A stretch of DNA of 64,000 nucleotides from Anaerolineales bacterium (GTDB lineage Bacteria > Chloroflexota > Anaerolineae > Anaerolineales > Villigracilaceae). Position numbers and translations under genes: made by a program. The notes under the pieces are model-generated. The model was not told where the DNA came from. It was given only the letters and a program-made list of their open reading frames with translations, and ran no database searches. Shown here piece by piece: positions 44,598 through 53,468 of the stretch. Location of the stretch: positions 732,084 to 796,083 of the forward strand of contig JAEURJ010000023.1 of assembly GCA_016789305.1 (NCBI GenBank), given 5' to 3'. Position 1 is the stretch's first letter; each line of letters starts with the position of its first letter.

Positions 44598-47300
44598 ATG
44601 GATTTATCCCAGAATATTCACCTGCTCGGCGACCTGCTTGGCAAAGTCATTTCAGAACTTGAATCTCCCGAGTTGTTCGAGATCGAGGAACGCATTCGTG
44701 CGCTGGCAAAGGCGCGGCGAAACGGCGACTCGGTTGCAGCGGAACGATTGCAGCAGGAAGTCTCGTCGTTGCAGGCAAAGGACGCGCGTGTGATCGCTGC
44801 ATCGTTTGCCGCTTATTTCGACCTGGTCAATCTGGCCGAAGAACATCAACGCGTGCGGCTGCTCCGTCAGCGGGAGGATGCCTCTTTTCCGGAACCAATC
44901 CACGAGTCGATTGGCGAGGCGATTGCGCTTCTTAAACAACAGGGAATTGGGGACGAGGCAATGTCTGCCTTGTTGGAAAATTTATCCATTGAATTGGTCC
45001 TGACCGCCCACCCGACCGAAGCGCGCCGCCGCACCATTTTCTCGAAAACGGAACGCATCGACTCTCTCCTGCGCCTGCTCAATCAAAACTCGCTCTCGTT
45101 GCGCGAACGGCAAAATACCGTGGAAGCCTTGTGCAACGCGATCTCCGCATTGTGGCTCACGGACCGCACCCGCGCGGACAAGTTATCCGTCACCGATGAA
45201 GTGCGCACCGGGCTTTATTTTGTCGATTCGTTTTTTTGGAACATCATTCCGGCAATCTATCGCGACCTTGAAGAGGCGATTGAAAAGTATTATCCCGGCC
45301 TGCAAGCCCCGGAACATTGGCTCAAGCTCGCTTCGTGGATCGGCGGTGACCGCGACGGGAATCCATATGTAACTTCCGCGATCACGGCGGAAACATTGCG
45401 CCTGCATCGCGGACTGGCTGTGGAGAATCACCGTCGCACCTTTCAGGAGCTGGGGCGTCATTTGAGCATGAGTTCCAGCCGTGTTCCTCCTCCTCCCGCA
45501 CTGCTGCAATGGATCGAAAATCGCAGACCGTTCCCGCCGCATGTGGCCTACATCGAACAGCGCTATGCCAATGAGCCGTATCGGTTGATATTGGCTTTGC
45601 TCGCAAACGATCTTGCCGAAGCCTCCCGGGATGACATGACGAAGAATTTATTAAGTCATCATCCGCATCAGGCGCACATTGACTCGGCGCATTTACTTGA
45701 GCCTTTGCAATTGATCGCAGATGCACTTCCAGCGAGCCTGACGCAGGACGAACTGCATACCGTGATGAACAAGGTGCGTGTCTTCGGTCTGCATGCGGCG
45801 CGGCTGGATGTCCGCGAAGACTCGAGCCGCTTGAACGCAGCCTTCAGCGAAGTTTTGCGCGCGTTGAATCTTGAATCTGATTTCGAGAATATGCCGGATG
45901 ACAAACGCATGAATCTGCTGGTGCGTTTGTTGAACGAGCCCGCCCCCAACCTTTCCGATCACCCCGGCGTTACCTCCACCTCTGCAGAAACATGGTCGTT
46001 GTTCCAGTTGATCGGCCGCACAAGCGATATCTATGGGAGTGAACTCCTTGGCCCGATCGTGATTTCGATGACCCATGCCGCCGCCGATGTGTTGACCGTG
46101 CTCCTGCTTGCCAAATGGGCCGGTTGCAAAACCATTCCGCAGATCGCACCGCTCTTCGAATCGGTTCGGGATCTAAGAGATGCATCGACCATTCTTGAAT
46201 CTCTTTTTTCATCGGAAATGTATCGGGAACATCTCAAGCTGCACGATAACCAGCAAATGGTCATGATCGGCTATTCGGACAGCAACAAGGACGGCGGTTA
46301 TTTGATGGCGAACTGGGCGTTGTATCAGGCACAGGAGGAAATTACCCGTGTTGCCCAAAAATATAATGTGAAACTGACCATCTTCCACGGACGCGGCGGG
46401 ACAATTGCGCGTGGCGGCGGTCCGGCCAACAACGCGATCCGTGCGCAGCCTGTGGGCAGCATCAACGGAAAATTCCGCGTCACAGAACAGGGCGAGATCA
46501 TCGCTTCACGATATGCAAACCCCGATCTTGCCCATCGCCACCTCGAACAAATTGCCAGCGCGGTAATCCTTGCCTCTGCACCGCATAAAGAAGAACCTGT
46601 TCCTGAAAAATGGCGCGCGACAATTGAAGAAATGTCGAAGGCCGCGCAGAAAGCGTATCGTTCGCTTGTGTATGAAACACCGGGTTTCATCGAGTTTTGG
46701 GAATGTGCCACACCTCTGGATGAGATCAAACGATTGCAGATCGGTTCACGCCCCGCATCACGCGCCAAGGCTGGAGCGGTCAATCAGATCCGCGCCATCC
46801 CGTGGGTATTCTCGTGGATGCAAAGCCGCTTCAATCTGCCAAGTTGGTACAGCCTCGGCGCGGGCCTTTCCTCCATTAAAGATACAACCCTTCTGCAGGA
46901 AATGTACGATGGCTGGTTGTTCTTCCGCACTTTGTTGAATAATTCTGAAATCTCCCTGCTAAAAGCGGATATGGACATCTCCGCCCTGTATGTCAACCTT
47001 GTGCCGAATAAAAAACTTGCGGATGAAATTTTTAATTCCATCCGTACCGAATATGAACACACCCGCGATTCAGTCTTGAAGATCAGCAGACATCAATCCC
47101 TTCTGGAGTTGGAGCCGGTCACGAAGCAGGCGGTACAGTTGCGTAATCCATACGTCGATCCGTTGAATTACATTCAAGTAGAGACCCTGCAGCGGTTGCG
47201 CGCCCTTTCCGACCCGGATGGGAAAGAATCCAAGCCGCTGCGCGAAGTGATGGCGCTGACCATCAACGGTATCGCAGCCGGCCTCAGGAATACTGGTTAA
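44598..47300 (+). CDS. ppc: phosphoenolpyruvate carboxylase
   Basis: VLTAHPTE, WIGGDRDGNP, MIGYSDSNKDGG, FHGRGG, RAIPWVFSW, C-terminal AAGLRNTG. Confidence 0.98.
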   Translation: MDLSQNIHLLGDLLGKVISELESPELFEIEERIRALAKARRNGDSVAAERLQQEVSSLQAKDARVIAASFAAYFDLVNLAEEHQRVRLLRQREDASFPEPIHESIGEAIALLKQQGIGDEAMSALLENLSIELVLTAHPTEARRRTIFSKTERIDSLLRLLNQNSLSLRERQNTVEALCNAISALWLTDRTRADKLSVTDEVRTGLYFVDSFFWNIIPAIYRDLEEAIEKYYPGLQAPEHWLKLASWIGGDRDGNPYVTSAITAETLRLHRGLAVENHRRTFQELGRHLSMSSSRVPPPPALLQWIENRRPFPPHVAYIEQRYANEPYRLILALLANDLAEASRDDMTKNLLSHHPHQAHIDSAHLLEPLQLIADALPASLTQDELHTVMNKVRVFGLHAARLDVREDSSRLNAAFSEVLRALNLESDFENMPDDKRMNLLVRLLNEPAPNLSDHPGVTSTSAETWSLFQLIGRTSDIYGSELLGPIVISMTHAAADVLTVLLLAKWAGCKTIPQIAPLFESVRDLRDASTILESLFSSEMYREHLKLHDNQQMVMIGYSDSNKDGGYLMANWALYQAQEEITRVAQKYNVKLTIFHGRGGTIARGGGPANNAIRAQPVGSINGKFRVTEQGEIIASRYANPDLAHRHLEQIASAVILASAPHKEEPVPEKWRATIEEMSKAAQKAYRSLVYETPGFIEFWECATPLDEIKRLQIGSRPASRAKAGAVNQIRAIPWVFSWMQSRFNLPSWYSLGAGLSSIKDTTLLQEMYDGWLFFRTLLNNSEISLLKADMDISALYVNLVPNKKLADEIFNSIRTEYEHTRDSVLKISRHQSLLELEPVTKQAVQLRNPYVDPLNYIQVETLQRLRALSDPDGKESKPLREVMALTINGIAAGLRNTG

Positions 47301-47303
47301 ATA

Positions 47304-47342
47304 ATTTGCTCTTGTTGAGGCCAAGCCCTAACAAGAGCAAAT
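47304..47342. terminator. bidirectional terminator
   Basis: ATTTGCTCTTGTT...AACAAGAGCAAAT between convergent genes. Confidence 0.75.
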
Positions 47343-47344
47343 GT

Positions 47345-48088
47345 TTATTTTTCCGCTTTATCAAGATCTTTCCCGATATCTCTTTGGAAATCCCAGGTGA
47401 GGTAATCAAGATTTGAGGGAAGCGATAATTCCAGGGTGTATAGATATTGCAATTCGATTTTCACCTTGCGCGGACGACATTCGAGCAAATGTCCGCCGCT
47501 GGTTTTGTCGTCGGTGAGAAAATGCAGATGTACACCGGGTACGCTGAGGGAGGCCATGAACGAAGGTGTGTAAAACCCGACCATCACGCCGCTGACATCG
47601 TTGAACTCGAACGTGGGTTGTTCCTTTGCCACTTCCACCAGCGGACGGTAATTATCCTGCTTCGGCACCGAACGCGTTTTGATGTAACTGAATTCGCCGC
47701 TGATACGAAACGCATAAAAAATATTTGGCGAAGGCATCAGCTCGATCATCCATTTTAGAAAATCGACGTAGGACATTTCCTGGTTTAACTCTTCGTCACT
47801 CGCGGGTTGGAATTTTGTGACACAGGCGAATGGGGTGCAGAGATCTTCGTCGGTGATCTGATTCACCTTCCCGTCAGACCCGACGCGAAAAATCTCCCCA
47901 TCCACCATCATCATTTCGCCGTCAAGATCGTTGAATGTGCCGAGTCCAAAATCACCGTGTTTCTTGATCTCGGAGAACGGGATGTTTTGTTCGTAAATTC
48001 CCTCCACCAAAGAATTGACAGGCGCACATAAATACACCTTGTTGTCCGCTTTTCGTTGCCGCACGCGTCGTAACGTTGTTCGTTCCAT
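47345..48088 (-). CDS. budA: alpha-acetolactate decarboxylase
   Basis: HGDFGLGTFNDLDGEM, PFACVT, GVHLHFL..D...GGH. Confidence 0.92.
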   Translation of the reverse strand: MERTTLRRVRQRKADNKVYLCAPVNSLVEGIYEQNIPFSEIKKHGDFGLGTFNDLDGEMMMVDGEIFRVGSDGKVNQITDEDLCTPFACVTKFQPASDEELNQEMSYVDFLKWMIELMPSPNIFYAFRISGEFSYIKTRSVPKQDNYRPLVEVAKEQPTFEFNDVSGVMVGFYTPSFMASLSVPGVHLHFLTDDKTSGGHLLECRPRKVKIELQYLYTLELSLPSNLDYLTWDFQRDIGKDLDKAEK

Positions 48089-48095
48089 GCTTCCT

Positions 48096-48752
48096 CTATC
48101 CGTATTTGGGAGTATCGCCGATGATCTCCCAGCCTTTTTCCAGCGCAACTTGTTTTAATTTCGCATCTGGATAAACAGCCACGGGATGGTCTGCATGTTC
48201 AAGCAGGGGGACGTCCAGCATGGTATCGCCGTAGGCAAAGTCCACGCGCTTCACGCCCAGCCGATTCAGGATCTGCTCTATTTTCTTTTCACTCGCTATC
48301 AGTTGACCCACCATCTGCACGCGTCCGTCCTTGATCTCCACAGGCGTGCCGCTTACTTGTGCGCCAATGCGCCGTGCGAATGGCTCGATAAATGGCTCGA
48401 CAACACTGCTGGCAATATAAACCTGTGCGCCGCCTTCGCGATGTTTGACCAGTCTTTCGATGACATCTTCACGTCGTTTTTTCCACAAGTCATGCTCCAC
48501 CACCCATTCGGAAACGGATTTCAACTTCTCTTCATCTGCGTTTTTGATATAACCCAGACTATCGACCATTAACTTTTGACCCCACAATTGCCAGTCGATG
48601 AATCCGTTTTTTGCGAGCAAATAAGACGGCATAATGGATGCCATGGTTAAATTCGCCTGCCATTTGCTTTGATTATGCTTCACCCAATCCACCAGCCCGA
48701 GGAAAGGCGAGCCGGTGGTCAATGTTCCCATCATATCTGATACAACGATCAT
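48096..48752 (-). CDS. HAD-superfamily phosphatase (SerB/IB-like)
   Basis: SDMMGTL, IASS, AYGDTMLD.PLLE. Confidence 0.8.
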   Translation of the reverse strand: MIVVSDMMGTLTTGSPFLGLVDWVKHNQSKWQANLTMASIMPSYLLAKNGFIDWQLWGQKLMVDSLGYIKNADEEKLKSVSEWVVEHDLWKKRREDVIERLVKHREGGAQVYIASSVVEPFIEPFARRIGAQVSGTPVEIKDGRVQMVGQLIASEKKIEQILNRLGVKRVDFAYGDTMLDVPLLEHADHPVAVYPDAKLKQVALEKGWEIIGDTPKYG

Positions 48753-48817
48753 AGTTTCTCCAATCTTGTTCTTCGACGAATGCTTTTATAACCCTGTAAT
48801 ACTTTACGCGTTCCTCA

Positions 48818-51019
48818 TTAATCGAGCAGGGCTTCGATCGAGCGATTGTTGTCGGCCATCCGTTCTGCAAGCAGGCGCGCGATCCATTCGTGCAGAGCGG
48901 AAGCCACATCGGGATCCTGTGTCTCCATATTTCTCATGGCATCGAAAGACAGACGGTATAGCACGCTTTTTTGCTCGGTGACGACATTCGCGGTTCGCTC
49001 GCCTTTCAGGTACATTCCCAATTCACCAACCACGGTTCCGCTGCGAATACTGCGCAGACGCGTCATCTCCCCTTCCGTGGTTTCAATGAGTACATTTAAT
49101 CGGCCTGATTCAATGAAGTACATCGCCTCCGGTTTATCGCCGCGCCGCATGAGGTAGAAGTTTTCCTCCACTTCCATCTTTTCAAGATGGCCAAGAAGAC
49201 GGTCGATCAGATCAGGTTTGGGGAAGACGCTGCGTAATTGAGATTTAATGGTGGTCTGAATAAACTGCGTGGAAGCTTCAAATGCCCGCAGGAGCATATT
49301 TTCACACCACTCCATCCCATGGTCGAGAGTCGGGAAGAAGTGAACGCGGTCGTCGGCTTTGAAATCTCCGCGTTCCATTTGTTTGATGATGGAAGGCTTG
49401 ACTTGTGTGAGAGCAAGATGGATATCATGCGCTTCTGCCAGCTGGCGCATTCTCGTAAAGCTGGAAACAGCCGAGGAATCCAGGCCATGAACCGTGTGAA
49501 AATCAAGAATAATAAAATGTTCCTTCACCTTTTTATCTTCCAGGAGCTCGCGGATGCGCGTCAATAATTTATCGGATGTGCCAAAAAAAATGTATCCTTG
49601 CAGGCGAAAAATATGGATTCCTTCACCGTGTTCCCGCAAAATATCACGCTGCACAGCGGGCCGGTCCACTTTGGCGTGATAGATCCTTCCGTTCAGTGAG
49701 TCGCGCACGGTGTTAACGTTGCTGTACTTGAATACGAACAGAACTGTTGCAATAATGATGCCAGCGCCAACCCCTTCGAGAAATCCACCGGTTGCGATAA
49801 CGGCGAGACTGATGAGCACAACAAGATATTCTGTTCGCGGTAATTTAAACCAGGCATCATATACCCAATCGATCAGAAAAGATAATCCCAGCACCAAAAG
49901 CAAACTACTTAATAACGCAACCGGTAAATAGCTGATAAACGCTCCGCCGGCAAAAAGGATGAGCCCGCATAATAAAGCTGCAGTGACCGTGACGACGCGT
50001 GTCTTTGCCCCCATGCGTTGACCGAGTGCAGTCGCTCCCAGCATGTGATATCCGGAAGGTCCCCCGCCCAGGCCAGCGATCAGATTTGCCAGCCCGGTGA
50101 CACGTAGTTCGTGATTCAAATTCAGGTCGCGCTTCGCGATCAACTCCAGACCGGTGGCATTCAAAAGGAAGGCGATCAAGCTGACCAATGGCACCGGGAT
50201 CAACCTGCTAACATTACCAGCCAGCGCATTCCAGTCCACTTGATTTAGGTTTGACGCAGTAAATGGACGCCATAACCCGCCTGAAGGAAAGGGTTGTAAC
50301 AGCAGTCCGATGGAACGTGCATATTCAATCGAGGTGTCGGTAATCCAAAGCCCTGCATAGAACAGGATCACGGCACTTAAAATAATTCCCGGCCAAACCA
50401 GGAAATGATTTACTTTTCTTAAAACGACGAGCACAATGATCGCGAAGATCGTGCCCGGCAGCCAGCGTAGGAGCATCTCCGGTTGGGTCAGGCCGCCAAG
50501 TACTTGCATGCTCAACGTCTGCCCGGTCATGACTTCGATGGCACCGCGCGTGAGGAGCCAGCCGGTGCCGGCAAGAAACCCACCGACTACCGGGTATGGA
50601 ATATACCGCACCAAATTTCCAAGCTTGAAATAGCCAATTAGAAAGAATGTGAGCCCGGTTGCAAGGGAACTGACGATGATGGCTGCGACAACTGTTGAAA
50701 AAATTGAATCGGGTTCAACGACTCCCGCAAGAGAGGAAGCGATTCCCCCGGCAGCGACCGCGATCAATGCGGCGGGTCCATCCTGCGGACCGATGGCTGT
50801 ACCGGGCATGGACCCTAATATCGCGAGGATGATCGACAGCATGAACCCGCCAAATAAAAACAGGCCAATGCCGCGCGAGAGATAGGGACTCATCTCGTCA
50901 TTAAAGATCAACGTGGCCAGGGAGATACTGAAGACGATCACGATCAATCCCACCACCAGCCCGGCAGTGACACCGGTAACAACCTGACGGACGTCGATTG
51001 AAGAGGTCTTATTTTTCAT
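48818..51019 (-). CDS. SulP anion transporter with STAS and cNMP-binding domains
   Basis: GLFLFG, GPQDGP, YIPYPVVGGF, LQGYIFFG (STAS), GTVVGELGMY (cNMP). Confidence 0.92.
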   Translation of the reverse strand: MKNKTSSIDVRQVVTGVTAGLVVGLIVIVFSISLATLIFNDEMSPYLSRGIGLFLFGGFMLSIILAILGSMPGTAIGPQDGPAALIAVAAGGIASSLAGVVEPDSIFSTVVAAIIVSSLATGLTFFLIGYFKLGNLVRYIPYPVVGGFLAGTGWLLTRGAIEVMTGQTLSMQVLGGLTQPEMLLRWLPGTIFAIIVLVVLRKVNHFLVWPGIILSAVILFYAGLWITDTSIEYARSIGLLLQPFPSGGLWRPFTASNLNQVDWNALAGNVSRLIPVPLVSLIAFLLNATGLELIAKRDLNLNHELRVTGLANLIAGLGGGPSGYHMLGATALGQRMGAKTRVVTVTAALLCGLILFAGGAFISYLPVALLSSLLLVLGLSFLIDWVYDAWFKLPRTEYLVVLISLAVIATGGFLEGVGAGIIIATVLFVFKYSNVNTVRDSLNGRIYHAKVDRPAVQRDILREHGEGIHIFRLQGYIFFGTSDKLLTRIRELLEDKKVKEHFIILDFHTVHGLDSSAVSSFTRMRQLAEAHDIHLALTQVKPSIIKQMERGDFKADDRVHFFPTLDHGMEWCENMLLRAFEASTQFIQTTIKSQLRSVFPKPDLIDRLLGHLEKMEVEENFYLMRRGDKPEAMYFIESGRLNVLIETTEGEMTRLRSIRSGTVVGELGMYLKGERTANVVTEQKSVLYRLSFDAMRNMETQDPDVASALHEWIARLLAERMADNNRSIEALLD

Positions 51020-51062
51020 TGCACACTCCATACCTTTAAGAAGTAGTGTAGTTCTTATTGTC

Positions 51063-52628
51063 CTACTTTATTTCAAAGTTCAGCTCGTTCTCAAGTGACC
51101 TGCAAACTTCCTCTTCACAGGACTTTAATAATTCCAGTGTCTCGTGAAGCCGTGCTTGAAATGCGGGGTCAAGTGTAGCGGCGGTGTTTTCCAACTGGTA
51201 TGGGTCTTTGGTCAGGTCATAAAATTCAAGCTCACCGCTGTCATATTCGACATAAACAAAATTCTCTGTGCGTATGCCGCGATACGATCCGCCTTCGGAT
51301 TGGGCAAAGTAATCGTCGTACGCTGAGTCTGGGTATTCAAGGGATGGGAGTTCGATCTCCGGGGATGCAAAGGATATGTTTTGCGCATTGTTGAATGATG
51401 TATCGTCCCCATATCCGATCTCGATCAATAATCCTTTGCGCCACGTGGCTGGCGGATTGTTGTTGAGTCCAAGAAGAGATGCGAAGGATCGGCCATCCAC
51501 AAAGTCCGCTGTTTTCGAGTCGGTGAGTTCTGCAATCGTGGGGGCGAGATCAATGTTGGCTGTCATTTGCGTTATTTCAGTGTTTGGCTCGATGCCCGGG
51601 CCGCGGATCATAAACGGGACGCGAATATCCTCCTCGTAGGGGGTACCCTTTCCGGATGGAACACTATGCTCTCCCATGTGGAATCCATTGTCGGAGGCGA
51701 AAATGATGTAAGTATTATCCAGCTGCCCATTTTCCTCGAGGGTCTGAACGACTTCTTCGACCAGACGGTCAATGGACTGCAGGGTTTGCGCCCGTTTTTT
51801 AAACAAGTTGTTTGCATCGCCGATGTCGAAATCATCGCCGTTGGACGCCAGATCACGAATGACTTTTGGTTTGTCCGAGAGGTCCGCTTCGTGAAATGAA
51901 GGACTTTGAGGATATTCAAGACCTTCAAATAAATTTTCGTCAGCGGGAGCCGGAGTGGTGGGGCCATGCGGACCAAAGACAGAGATCAAAAGAAAGAACG
52001 GTGAACGATCCGTTTCCCTGTCATTAATGAAGTTGATGGATTTCTCGCGGATCACATCCGTGCTGTAGTCTTCGGGGGTGCTTCCATATTGGACCAGCGG
52101 ACCATTTTCATTCATGATGTAGTCGTAATACAGGTTGCTTTGCTCTTTTTGATATATAAATGATCGCCATTCCGTCCACCCCGGTGGCACATAATTCCGC
52201 CCGGCATTCACCGGATATCCATTTAAATATTTCCCGATCAGTGCGGTTTGATACCCTTCGCGATTGAGCCAGACAGCCAATGTCTCCGCCTCTTCGTTCC
52301 TCTTGAAAAAGCGCGGGAACCCCGGCGAATTTTCCAATATGTCGGTATTATGGGAATATTGTCCGCGCAGCATGGAACTGCGCGACGGGCAGCAAATGGG
52401 CGTGGTGATGAAATAGTTTGTGAATGTGGCGCCCTGCTCTCCGATCAAGGTGTTGGTTTTTGGAACGTACGGAAGCAGTTTCATATCCATGTCGTCGGTA
52501 AGGATAATGATGATATTGGGTGAGTTCTTGAAGATGCGCGTGTAATTGACGATATAAAAAAGAATTCCAGCAAAAAGGATAAGACCAAGCGCAATGACCC
52601 ATCCTTTTGATTTTATTTTGTATTGCAT
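51063..52628 (-). CDS. sulfatase (GlcNAc-6-sulfatase-like) with N-terminal anchor
   Basis: PNIIIILTDD, CCPSR (CxPxR), GKYLNGY, SDNGFH. Confidence 0.92.
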   Translation of the reverse strand: MQYKIKSKGWVIALGLILFAGILFYIVNYTRIFKNSPNIIIILTDDMDMKLLPYVPKTNTLIGEQGATFTNYFITTPICCPSRSSMLRGQYSHNTDILENSPGFPRFFKRNEEAETLAVWLNREGYQTALIGKYLNGYPVNAGRNYVPPGWTEWRSFIYQKEQSNLYYDYIMNENGPLVQYGSTPEDYSTDVIREKSINFINDRETDRSPFFLLISVFGPHGPTTPAPADENLFEGLEYPQSPSFHEADLSDKPKVIRDLASNGDDFDIGDANNLFKKRAQTLQSIDRLVEEVVQTLEENGQLDNTYIIFASDNGFHMGEHSVPSGKGTPYEEDIRVPFMIRGPGIEPNTEITQMTANIDLAPTIAELTDSKTADFVDGRSFASLLGLNNNPPATWRKGLLIEIGYGDDTSFNNAQNISFASPEIELPSLEYPDSAYDDYFAQSEGGSYRGIRTENFVYVEYDSGELEFYDLTKDPYQLENTAATLDPAFQARLHETLELLKSCEEEVCRSLENELNFEIK

Positions 52629-52657
52629 ACATAAACTCCGTGTTGAATATTGAAACT

Positions 52658-53431
52658 TTATTGCGCTGTGTTGCCGCCGTCCACCAAAAGCAGGTGGCCT
52701 GTTACAAAGGATGAATCGTCCGATGCTAAAAATAAAACCGCATTCGCGATCTCGTCCGGCTTGCCGAAACGCCCCATGGGAATGTATTCGCTGGACTCTT
52801 TGATGGCTTCTTCCATTGTTACCGGGTCGGAACCCTCAAAATAACCCTTTTCCATCCATCGATCCACAAAGGTATCGCCGGGGCAAATTGCATTCACGCG
52901 TATGTTCTCGCGCGCATGATCCAATGCCATTGCCTTGGTCATCATGCCAATTGCACCTTTGCTCATTATATATGGAAAAGCATTCTTCCCTGCAACCACA
53001 GACCAGTCGGAACCGTTATTGACGATCACACCTCCCCCTTGTTTTTTCATTTGCGGGATCACCAATTTGCACATGCGCCAAACCGCTGTGACGTTGATAT
53101 TCAATGTGTCCTGCCAGACTTCTTCGGTTGTCGTATCGGCTGTGCCTTTCGTGACGATGCCGGCGTTGTTGAATAATATATCAATGCGATTGAATTCCTT
53201 AAGAGCGACATCCACGACTCTTTGGCAGTCCTCTTCCTTTGTGTGATCTGCCTCGACGAACACGCATCGGACTCCCTTCTGCATGCAATCTGTTTCGACG
53301 GCTTTGCCCAGGCTGGGACGTCTGCCGGTTAAGACCAGATCAGCTCCCTGGTCCGCGAAAAGAAGCGCGGTGGCTTTTCCAATTCCAGAGGTCGCGCCGG
53401 TGATGATGGCAACTTTATTCTTTAATCGCAT
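52658..53431 (-). CDS. short-chain dehydrogenase/reductase
   Basis: TGATSGIG, NNAG, YIMSK, NAICPG, DGG. The real start is MRLKN; the longer ORF in the track overlaps mutS2. Confidence 0.92.
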   Translation of the reverse strand: MRLKNKVAIITGATSGIGKATALLFADQGADLVLTGRRPSLGKAVETDCMQKGVRCVFVEADHTKEEDCQRVVDVALKEFNRIDILFNNAGIVTKGTADTTTEEVWQDTLNINVTAVWRMCKLVIPQMKKQGGGVIVNNGSDWSVVAGKNAFPYIMSKGAIGMMTKAMALDHARENIRVNAICPGDTFVDRWMEKGYFEGSDPVTMEEAIKESSEYIPMGRFGKPDEIANAVLFLASDDSSFVTGHLLLVDGGNTAQ

Positions 53432-53468
53432 GATCTCTCCTGTGTTTAAGCAAAGTATAATCCCCACT

